DNA of 64,000 nucleotides. Source: Candidatus Magasanikiibacteriota bacterium (lineage in GTDB: Bacteria > Patescibacteriota > Patescibacteriia > Magasanikbacterales > UBA922). The stretch is taken from NCBI GenBank assembly GCA_014729395.1, contig WJJZ01000006.1:7090-71089 (forward strand), given 5' to 3'. Under the pieces are notes generated by a model, which saw only the letters and a program-made list of their open reading frames with translations, made no database searches and was not told where the DNA came from. Of this stretch, positions 56,918 to 64,000 are shown in pieces. How positions within the stretch are numbered: position 1 is the stretch's first letter; each line of letters opens with the position of its first letter. The translations under genes and the position numbers were made by a program.

Positions 56918-58480
56918 TTATCTCGCATATTCAATTACTCTTGTCTCTCTTATGACGTTCACTCTTATTTCTCCGGGGTACTGTAATTCATTTTCTATTC
57001 TATGGGCAATATCTTTAGCCAAGTTATATGCTTCATAATCATCTATTTCATTTGGTTTAACAAATACTCTGACTTCGCGTCCGGCTTGAATTGCATAGAC
57101 CTTTTCAATACCGGGGAAATCACTGGCTGTTTGCTCTAGTTCTTCCAGTCTGGCAACAAATTGTTCATATGTATCTCTTCTGGCACCAACTCTTGATCCG
57201 GAAATAGCGTCAGCAGCTTTTACAATTTGAGTAATTAAAAGCTCCGGTTTGTCTTCATGATGATGCATGGCTGCGTCCTGAACTTCTTCACTGAGACCGA
57301 ATTTTTTTAATATGGTAAATCCAATTTCAGGATGACTTCCCTGAGTGTCTTGGTCAACCGCTTTTCCAATATCATGGAAAAAACCGGCTTTTTTTGCTTT
57401 AATTGCATCAACATCCAATTCTTCAGCCATTAGTCCGGCCAGATGAGCAACTTCCATAGAATGGTTCAATACATTTTGGCCATAACTGGTTCTGTATTTT
57501 AATCTACCAACTATTGAAACCAATTTGGGATCTATACCGGTAAAACCAAGTTTATACAAAGCTTCTTCCCCCGCTTTTTTAATATCGATTGCTAATTCTT
57601 TTTTAGCTTCTTCAATAAAATTTTCTATTCTGGCCGGCTGAATTCTTCCATCTTTGATAAGTTTTTCCAGTGCCAGCTGACAAACACGTCTTCTGATTGG
57701 AGAAAAACTTGATATGAGTAGAATTTCCGGAGTTTCATCAATGATAAGTTCACAACCGGTCATTTTTTCAATGGTCTTGATATTTCGTCCGTCTTTTCCT
57801 ATGATTCTACCTTTCATTTCTTCGCTGGGAAGATTAATAGCGGTTGAAGTTGTTTCACTGGAGTGATCAGCTGCGCATCTTTGAATTGTATCCAGGATAA
57901 TTTCTTTTGCTTTGGTTTCATAGGTTTCAGTATTTTCTTTTTCCAATTTCATAATACGGACTGATAAATCTCCCTTTACTTGTTGTTCTATTTTTTTGAA
58001 CAATTCTTCTTTGGCCTCATCTTTTGAAAAACCGGAAACAGTTTGAAGTTTTTCAATGGTTTTTTCATGTAAATCATCCACTTTCTTTTTTACCGACTGA
58101 ATTTCTTCCACTTTTTTTTGCAGCTTATTTTTTCTGTCTTCAAATTCCATTAATTTTTTATCAAACATAGACTCTCTCTTTTCGAGCCTGCTTTGCATAT
58201 GTTTGATTTCTTTACGTCTTTGTCCTTCTTCTTTTTTTGCGTCATCAATCACCTTAATTGCTTTTTCTTTGGCTTGAAGAAGAAGTTGCTTTTCTTTATT
58301 TTTTGCCTCGATTAGGACTTTTTCCGCTCTAGCTTCGGCTGAGTTTGAACGAGCTTGAGCGACTTGTTTTCGTAGGAGATAACCCAGACCGATTCCGATA
58401 GTTATACCACCTACAGCCATGATGGCTATAATAAATTCTGACATACAAAAAAATTTCTCATATTCATGAGTTTTCGGCAT
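56918..58480 (-). CDS. rny: Ribonuclease Y
   Basis: N-terminal TM helix, coiled-coil, KH domain (IGKDGRNIKTIE) and HD domain (HDIGKA...HH). 520 aa. Confidence 0.85.
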   Translation of the reverse strand: MPKTHEYEKFFCMSEFIIAIMAVGGITIGIGLGYLLRKQVAQARSNSAEARAEKVLIEAKNKEKQLLLQAKEKAIKVIDDAKKEEGQRRKEIKHMQSRLEKRESMFDKKLMEFEDRKNKLQKKVEEIQSVKKKVDDLHEKTIEKLQTVSGFSKDEAKEELFKKIEQQVKGDLSVRIMKLEKENTETYETKAKEIILDTIQRCAADHSSETTSTAINLPSEEMKGRIIGKDGRNIKTIEKMTGCELIIDETPEILLISSFSPIRRRVCQLALEKLIKDGRIQPARIENFIEEAKKELAIDIKKAGEEALYKLGFTGIDPKLVSIVGRLKYRTSYGQNVLNHSMEVAHLAGLMAEELDVDAIKAKKAGFFHDIGKAVDQDTQGSHPEIGFTILKKFGLSEEVQDAAMHHHEDKPELLITQIVKAADAISGSRVGARRDTYEQFVARLEELEQTASDFPGIEKVYAIQAGREVRVFVKPNEIDDYEAYNLAKDIAHRIENELQYPGEIRVNVIRETRVIEYAR

Positions 58481-58733
58481 TTTTCAATACGAAACAATCG
58501 CAAACTAATAATCCGCATTTCTACAAAGCGAATTTTCTAAATATTTTATTGTCGAGAATTATTAATCTTAAAAAAGATTTAATTTCGCTAATTTTATTGC
58601 TTTTTTCAGCCGGTTTCAACATGCTTCGTGATTTTTTCATACCGATCCCTCATGATATTATTAATTATTTACACATTAATAATATCACTATTACAGCCTT
58701 TTGTCAATCAGATAATTTTATCCCATTTATGTC

Positions 58734-59474
58734 TTATAAATTGTGGATAAGTCTTTCAATATTGTCAATTTTAACCAGTTTTGGTTTTATTGCATTCTCA
58801 ACTTTGAAATTTCCTATTTTTGTTCTTCGAAGTTTTTCGCAATATCCGGAAACTTCTAATTTTTTACCTATGTCATGAGCAAGTGTTCTAATATAAGTTC
58901 CTCTGGAGCAATCAACCTCCACTACTAAATTTGGCCATTTGTAATTTATTATTTTAAGATTATAAATATTAATTTTTACCGGTTTTCTGTCTATTGTTTT
59001 ACCCTGCCGAGCCAATTCGTATAATTTTTGACCTTTTATTTTTTTTGCGGAATACATTGGCGGAATTTGTTCTTGCGGACCTATGAAATTTTTTATAACT
59101 TCTTCAACATGTTTTGGCCCGGGTCTATGTTCTTTGGAAATATTATTAAAGATTATTTGGCCGGTACTATCTTGAGTATCGCTATAGGCTCCAAGTTTAA
59201 TATTTGCCAGATATGTTTTTTTCATATCTTTGAATTGATCAATTTTTTTTGTTGCATCTCTACCAAGGGCCACAATCAAAAGACCGGTTGCAAACGGGTC
59301 TAATGTTCCTGCGTGCCCGACTTTGGGTCTTTTCGGTTTTGGAGAGTCATTGTGCCGCAAATATCGTTTATAAATTTTTCTAATATAAGCAACTACATCA
59401 TGACTGGTCCAGTCTTTTGGTTTATCGATGAGTAAATAGCCGTTTTTCATAGTAATTGAGGAATTTTTTCGCAA
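58734..59474 (-). CDS. truB: tRNA pseudouridine(55) synthase
   Basis: GHAGTLDPFATGLL catalytic Asp motif. 246 aa. Confidence 0.8.
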   Translation of the reverse strand: MRKNSSITMKNGYLLIDKPKDWTSHDVVAYIRKIYKRYLRHNDSPKPKRPKVGHAGTLDPFATGLLIVALGRDATKKIDQFKDMKKTYLANIKLGAYSDTQDSTGQIIFNNISKEHRPGPKHVEEVIKNFIGPQEQIPPMYSAKKIKGQKLYELARQGKTIDRKPVKINIYNLKIINYKWPNLVVEVDCSRGTYIRTLAHDIGKKLEVSGYCEKLRRTKIGNFKVENAIKPKLVKIDNIERLIHNL

Positions 59475-59544
59475 ATTAGCTTAGTATAGTCCATATTTTT
59501 ATATAAATAGCGATATGTATTAAATAATGATATAATAACAACAT

Positions 59545-60459
59545 ATGAGCAATAATAAAAGCCTTCAAATTAAATCTGTAGGTTGGGGTAGAACGGACGA
59601 AGGTGGAATAGAAATTTGGGACACAAAACCTGTTTTTTGTAATCATGAAATTGGTTATAAAGATAGACTAAAATTGCTTTTTTATCCAAAAAAATATCTA
59701 TTGTACAATTACGTAAAAAAGCATTTTAAAAAAAAATTAAGCTCTGACTTTAAAAAACCGGTCAGAATTTTGGATGTAGGCTGCGGTACGGGAGCAACTT
59801 TGATAGATTTTAAGAAAATGTTTGGCAGGAGGGCTGATATTATTGGCTTGGATGTAATCAGGGCCCAGGTGGATTTAGCCAAGGAAAAAACCAAAAAACA
59901 TGGCGTGTGGGTGGAAATTTATCACTATGATGGCTTGAATTTTCCTTTTGAAGATGGATCTTTTGATATAATTTACAGCTCTGATGTGTTGGGTCATGTA
60001 AAAGATGTACCGGCATGGCTAAGAGAAATTCGTCGCATACTAAAGCCTTCCGGAATATTAGCTATGTTTGCGGAATCCAGTCTAGGGAAGCATGCTTATA
60101 TTAGAAATTATATGTTGGAGCGTGGTTTAAATACCGATCCGCATGCGGAATTTCATATTTCTTTATATTCAAAGTTAACTTTGAAGGAATTTTTGGAAGC
60201 ATCCGGTTTTGAAATTAAAAAAATGTATAGTAGTTTTTGGCTAAAATTTGTACTTCATCCTGATGAGTTGTATCCGGCAATGCAAAAGTCAAATAAATTT
60301 CCTATTTTGAAATTTTTTAATAAATTACTCTATAGTATTAAAAAGAAATTACATCCATACTCAGCTGCTGTTTGTGAGTTGGTGGGTCTAATCGAAATGG
60401 TGACTGTTGGTCGGTTTTTGGAAAGTCAGGGTTATATTATTCTAGCTAAAAAAAAGTAA
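59545..60459 (+). CDS. Class I SAM-dependent methyltransferase (substrate unknown)
   Basis: ILDVGCGTGATL motif I and an ILKPSGILAM post-I region. Confidence 0.55.
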   Translation: MSNNKSLQIKSVGWGRTDEGGIEIWDTKPVFCNHEIGYKDRLKLLFYPKKYLLYNYVKKHFKKKLSSDFKKPVRILDVGCGTGATLIDFKKMFGRRADIIGLDVIRAQVDLAKEKTKKHGVWVEIYHYDGLNFPFEDGSFDIIYSSDVLGHVKDVPAWLREIRRILKPSGILAMFAESSLGKHAYIRNYMLERGLNTDPHAEFHISLYSKLTLKEFLEASGFEIKKMYSSFWLKFVLHPDELYPAMQKSNKFPILKFFNKLLYSIKKKLHPYSAAVCELVGLIEMVTVGRFLESQGYIILAKKK

Positions 60460-60468
60460 TCTGAATTT

Positions 60469-62709
60469 ATGAAATACAATTTAAGTGATGATAAGAGTTT
60501 AAAAAAATTAAGAAAAAAACAACCAAAACGTTTCTCAAAAAAAATAAACGGTGGTGGACAGTATTTAAATTTAATGAATATTAAATTGGATTTGGTTAAC
60601 GGTCTCGATAAAGAAATGTTTGAAAAGGCTTCTAGAATAATGAGAGCCTTGATTTTTGCTTCTGTAGAAAGCGCCCGATCAGGTCATCCGGGTGGTTCCA
60701 GTGGAAAAGTGGAACAGTTTTTGTCAATGACATTAACCGGTGGCATGGCCTTTGATTTATTGGATCCCAAAAATTCGGGACGTGACCGTTTTGTTTGGTC
60801 AGCGGGTCATTGTTCGCCGCTTTTGTACGCCGGTTTGTCACTTTATTACGAAGCATTAAAGAAAACAGGTCATAATTTCAATGCAAAAAAGATTAACGCG
60901 GTTTTAGCCAAGGATTTGGTGAATTTTAGAAGACCAAACGGTCCGCAGGGTCATATTGAAGGCCATTATCCCTTGAGTGATTTTTCAACCGGACCATCCG
61001 GACATGGTTTTCCGGCTGCAGGCGGTATGGCGATTGTACATAAGTCTGTAGGTCTTGATACAAAGGTGTGGGTAATGATGGGCGATGCGGAAAGCGAAGA
61101 GGGTATGACTTATGAAGCTAGAAATATCTTGTCTACGATGGGTATGGATAATATGATCGTAAGTTATTCTTATAATCATTATGGAATTGATGGGGATATA
61201 GATGAAGTTATTTCAACTCCAATAATTAACCACTGGCTTGGTTTGGGTTGGAATGTTATTGAAGTTGACGGTTATCATATAAATAATTTAGTCCAAGCGT
61301 ACAAGAGAGCCAAAAAAGGCTTTGACAATCAGCTACCAACCTTGGTTTTGGTTCATACGATAAAAGGCAAGCTATATGGTGATTTGGAAGACACGGCTGA
61401 ATCACACGGAACACCGACATCTCATGATAAGTATATTGAGATTATGAATAATTTAGGTTTTGATATCCCCGGGGAAGAAGGCGGGGTTGGTGACGATATA
61501 AAGGTTGTAATGAAGGATTTGGATATTGGTCTTGCCAGGTATTTGGAAAAAAGATTAACAGAAGCCAAAAGAAGAATTAAGACGGAAACTAAATTGGTTT
61601 CTCAGATGAGGTCTTCTTTAAAGCGTAGAAAACTGGAAAATCCGATAAACATAACCAGACCAAAAAAACTTCCAAATGATTTGCAATTTAAATCGGGCGA
61701 AAAGATAGCTACCAGAAAAGCGACAGAAGCTTTTTTCAGGTGGTTGATGGGGGAGACTGCTTTTTTTTGGGCGGGAGCCGGTGATTTGAGCAAGTCTGTT
61801 CTCACCAGTAAAGCGGAAAAAGTTTATGGAATAATAAACAAAAAAAATCCGCTTGGGCGTGGTATCAGATATGGCATTTCAGAGGCTAATATGGCTATGA
61901 TGGGTTCGGCCATGACTCACGATAGACTTCCGGGGGGTTTTCAACCTGTTTCTGTTTTCGGCAGCTATGGAGTGTTCACAAATATTATGTGCAATGCTAT
62001 TCGATTAACTGTAATCAGTAATCATCTTTGTCCAAAAAATGCCGGTTTTTTTATTGCTTTGGCTGCGCACGATGGACCTGAGACCGGAGAGGACGGACCA
62101 ACACACCAAGGATTGTATTGGATGAGTTTGTACAACGCTTTACCCGGAATTAAGGTTTATAAACCACTTGATGCTAATGAAACTATTGAGATGCTTTTTT
62201 ATGCTCTAAAGAAAGCTGAACCGATTGTTTTGTCTGTCTCCAGACCGAATACCTTGGTTTTTGAGCGAAGTAATTTTAATAATGCCAAAGAAGCTGTAAA
62301 CGGAGCATATATATTCAAAAATTTTAAAAGAAACAGTAAAAAGAAGGTTACTTTGGTTGTTTCCGGTGGGCAACTGTTAAGTAATTTACTAGAAACCTTG
62401 CCCGAGTTGGAGACAAAATTAAATATAAAAATAGTTGCCGTTACTTCACCGGAGTTGTTTGAGGATTTAAAGATAAAAAATCCGACTAAAGCAGCTAAAA
62501 TTTTTAGTAAAGAAGACAGATCAAGAGCGGTGTTGATGCATAATGGTTGGAAAGGGTTTTTATATCCGTTTTTATTACCTGAAAATTATAGTAATAAAAT
62601 AATTGCGATCGATACATATTTAAAGTCAGGTTCTGTTGAAGAGGTCTATGATATAGCCGGTTTGAGTTCTGATAAATTGAAAGAAAAAATAAAAGCCGCT
62701 ATAAAATAA
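60469..62709 (+). CDS. tkt: Transketolase (long form with N-terminal extension)
   Basis: SGHPGGSSG TPP-binding motif and a GDAESEEG (GDG...E) motif. The pyrimidine-binding and C-terminal domains have transketolase-like layout. Confidence 0.65.
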   Translation: MKYNLSDDKSLKKLRKKQPKRFSKKINGGGQYLNLMNIKLDLVNGLDKEMFEKASRIMRALIFASVESARSGHPGGSSGKVEQFLSMTLTGGMAFDLLDPKNSGRDRFVWSAGHCSPLLYAGLSLYYEALKKTGHNFNAKKINAVLAKDLVNFRRPNGPQGHIEGHYPLSDFSTGPSGHGFPAAGGMAIVHKSVGLDTKVWVMMGDAESEEGMTYEARNILSTMGMDNMIVSYSYNHYGIDGDIDEVISTPIINHWLGLGWNVIEVDGYHINNLVQAYKRAKKGFDNQLPTLVLVHTIKGKLYGDLEDTAESHGTPTSHDKYIEIMNNLGFDIPGEEGGVGDDIKVVMKDLDIGLARYLEKRLTEAKRRIKTETKLVSQMRSSLKRRKLENPINITRPKKLPNDLQFKSGEKIATRKATEAFFRWLMGETAFFWAGAGDLSKSVLTSKAEKVYGIINKKNPLGRGIRYGISEANMAMMGSAMTHDRLPGGFQPVSVFGSYGVFTNIMCNAIRLTVISNHLCPKNAGFFIALAAHDGPETGEDGPTHQGLYWMSLYNALPGIKVYKPLDANETIEMLFYALKKAEPIVLSVSRPNTLVFERSNFNNAKEAVNGAYIFKNFKRNSKKKVTLVVSGGQLLSNLLETLPELETKLNIKIVAVTSPELFEDLKIKNPTKAAKIFSKEDRSRAVLMHNGWKGFLYPFLLPENYSNKIIAIDTYLKSGSVEEVYDIAGLSSDKLKEKIKAAIK

Positions 62710-62751
62710 CGGCTTGATAAGAGGTAAGCAAGGGGACATCTTTGGTCTCCT

Positions 62752-62955
62752 TTATTGTTGATCACGAAGTGGGAAGATGTACTTTTCGTCTCTTTTGTCT
62801 ACACGGCGTATTACCAAGCCTCTACCCGGTTCATGACATTGTATTACAATAGATTCTCTTTCATCATCTACTGCTACTATGCGCCCTGGATATTCATTTA
62901 GGTAGGTAATTAACCTTCCCGGGGTTAAAATTAAAGAGCAAAATTTGTTTTTCAT
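62752..62955 (-). CDS. 67-aa hypothetical protein with moderately elevated GC. A possible small beta-barrel (AbrB/MazE- or Sm-like) is speculative.
   Basis: An ORF with GRIVAVDDERESIVIQ resembling the ...YVDDEKIIL... strand pair of swapped-hairpin proteins. The similarity is weak. Confidence 0.3.
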   Translation of the reverse strand: MKNKFCSLILTPGRLITYLNEYPGRIVAVDDERESIVIQCHEPGRGLVIRRVDKRDEKYIFPLRDQQ

Positions 62956-63080
62956 CTTTCACCTCCTTTTGTTAAGGGTCTGTTTTTATTATAAAACAAT
63001 ATTTTTATTATTAAAATCTAGTCAAGTGTTTCAAATAAAAAAAAGGCCCGTTTGAAAGGTGGAACCCATACCTTATGTGC

Positions 63081-63587
63081 CTAGGCAGCCTTCATCTCAT
63101 CCCCGAACGACTTTTTGATTTCGAGAACGATCTTCTCGAGCAGGTCGTTCGTATCGACATCAATATACATTCGACCCTTTTCGTCGCAAGGTAGTGTTAC
63201 AACTGTCGATTCGTAGATCGTCAGCTGGTAGTGTGCCTTGCGAACTTTTCCCTGTGGGACAAACTTTATTGTTGCCCCGTGTCCGGCCAGAATGAGCAGC
63301 AGTTCGATCTCTCGGTATGTTTCGCCAAGAAGTGAAACAACTTCCAGATCACTGCTGAAGTCATCCACCAGAGATTCAAACATCTCGTCGTCAATCATGG
63401 GGATGAACGGGTCATTCGAGTAGGCGCGGAAGCGTTCGGGTTGGCTCTCGGCTCTTTGCCCATGCGGAATCAGGAGCCAGTGACTGAACCATTGTGAGTC
63501 CTCGGCATAGAACTCTATGCGCAAGCTGTTGTTGATCCAGGCTGCGAGGAAAACCAAAATTTTACGTTTTCTGTTGTCCCTGTCCAT
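63081..63587 (-). CDS. 168-aa hypothetical protein in a GC-rich (~48%) patch. No recognisable family.
   Basis: Clear ORF ending in TAG. Composition is sharply different from the flanking tkt and infB regions. Confidence 0.45.
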   Translation of the reverse strand: MDRDNRKRKILVFLAAWINNSLRIEFYAEDSQWFSHWLLIPHGQRAESQPERFRAYSNDPFIPMIDDEMFESLVDDFSSDLEVVSLLGETYREIELLLILAGHGATIKFVPQGKVRKAHYQLTIYESTVVTLPCDEKGRMYIDVDTNDLLEKIVLEIKKSFGDEMKAA

Positions 63588-63720
63588 AGCACCTCCTAGT
63601 TGGTAACGTTCTTTGCTTTTATCCTTTGCTATTAATGTAGCAAATTATCTTACTATATATCCATATTTATGTCAATAAACTTGTTTTCATTTTAAATATG
63701 GGCAAAATTAGCTAAAAAAG

Positions 63721-63749
63721 TTGACTTATCAGTCTTTTGCCAGTATAAT
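63721..63749 (+). promoter_or_regulatory. Consensus sigma70 promoter TTGACT-17 nt-TATAAT upstream of infB
   Basis: Hexamers and spacer counted directly, 28 nt upstream of the infB ATG. Confidence 0.65.
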
Positions 63750-63777
63750 GCATACACTAAATTATACATACTTATTC

Positions 63778-64000
63778 ATGAACGTCACTGAATTAGCCAG
63801 ACAACTAAGAGTAAATACCAAAGAACTCCTCGAAATTCTTCCGGAGTATGGTTTTGATATTGGAAAAAAAGCTATAAAAATCGATAATCGGGTTGCCAAT
63901 AAAATAATGCGTCAATGGCGGCATATAAAGAGGGAGTTGGATGAAAAAAAGCGTATAGAGGCTGAAGAGAGAAAACAAAAAGAAAAAGAGATGAGACGAC
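63778..64000 (+). CDS. infB: Translation initiation factor IF-2, N-terminal fragment (continues beyond the window)
   Basis: The translation MNVTELARQLRVNTKELLEILPEYGFDIGKKAIKIDNRVANKIM matches the IF2_N domain, followed by a Lys/Glu-rich linker. It is not in the ORF track because there is no stop within the window. Confidence 0.7.
   Translation, partial: MNVTELARQLRVNTKELLEILPEYGFDIGKKAIKIDNRVANKIMRQWRHIKRELDEKKRIEAEERKQKEKEMRR

Noticed and set aside
58549-58878. 109-aa plus-strand ORF antisense to truB and its upstream region
   Set aside because: Low-complexity hydrophobic translation overlapping a well-supported gene, so probably spurious.
1-64000. Searched for CRISPR arrays, transposases/IS elements, integrases, rRNA genes and obvious phage or defence genes
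   Set aside because: None recognised. The only repeats are intragenic tandem repeats, short palindromes and terminators.

Overview
AT-rich (roughly 30% GC by eye) bacterial window with compact genes that often overlap by 4 bp. This is consistent with a reduced-genome, CPR/Patescibacteria-like organism (inference; purine-salvage mtnP/apt, pilT, hup and rny are present but no rRNA). The central ~44 kb (about 6.2-50.7 kb) is one very large surface-glycan biosynthesis locus. It contains at least 9 GT4 and 3 GT2 glycosyltransferases, and a GT-C membrane transferase with flippase-like and Dpm1-like partners. It also has a Wzx flippase, an O-antigen ligase/polymerase-like protein and an initiating polyprenyl-phosphate sugar transferase. 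Precursor supply comes from two UDP-sugar dehydrogenases, two UXS-type decarboxylases/dehydratases and an epimerase. Tailoring enzymes include an AsnB-type GATase fused to a PseA/WbpG-like PP-loop amidotransferase, two radical SAM enzymes (one B12-type, interrupted at an A-run) and methyltransferases. Most strikingly, there are eight single-domain PAPS-type sulfotransferase paralogs, immediately followed by a cysQ-cysC-cysH sulfur-nucleotide module. The predicted product is a heavily sulfated, methylated and possibly amidated glycan containing xylose and uronic acid. The 5' end holds the C-terminal part of a Thr/Ser-rich surface protein. It also holds a GC-rich, foreign-looking 1063-aa Cys/Asp-repeat lipoprotein with MopE-like metal-binding motifs and internal ~165-bp tandem repeats, plus a small AT-rich paralog that shares its C-terminal domain. 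The 3' end is housekeeping: pilT, a PBP transpeptidase, murF-like, a duplicated Zn-ribbon small protein, tRNA-Glu(CTC), tRNA-Met(CAT), hup, rny, truB, tkt and the start of infB. Within it, a GC-rich structured spacer RNA candidate lies between the two tRNAs and a small GC-rich two-gene islet sits on the opposite strand. Three consensus sigma70 promoters and several clear rho-independent terminators are visible. No CRISPR array, transposase or rRNA was found.
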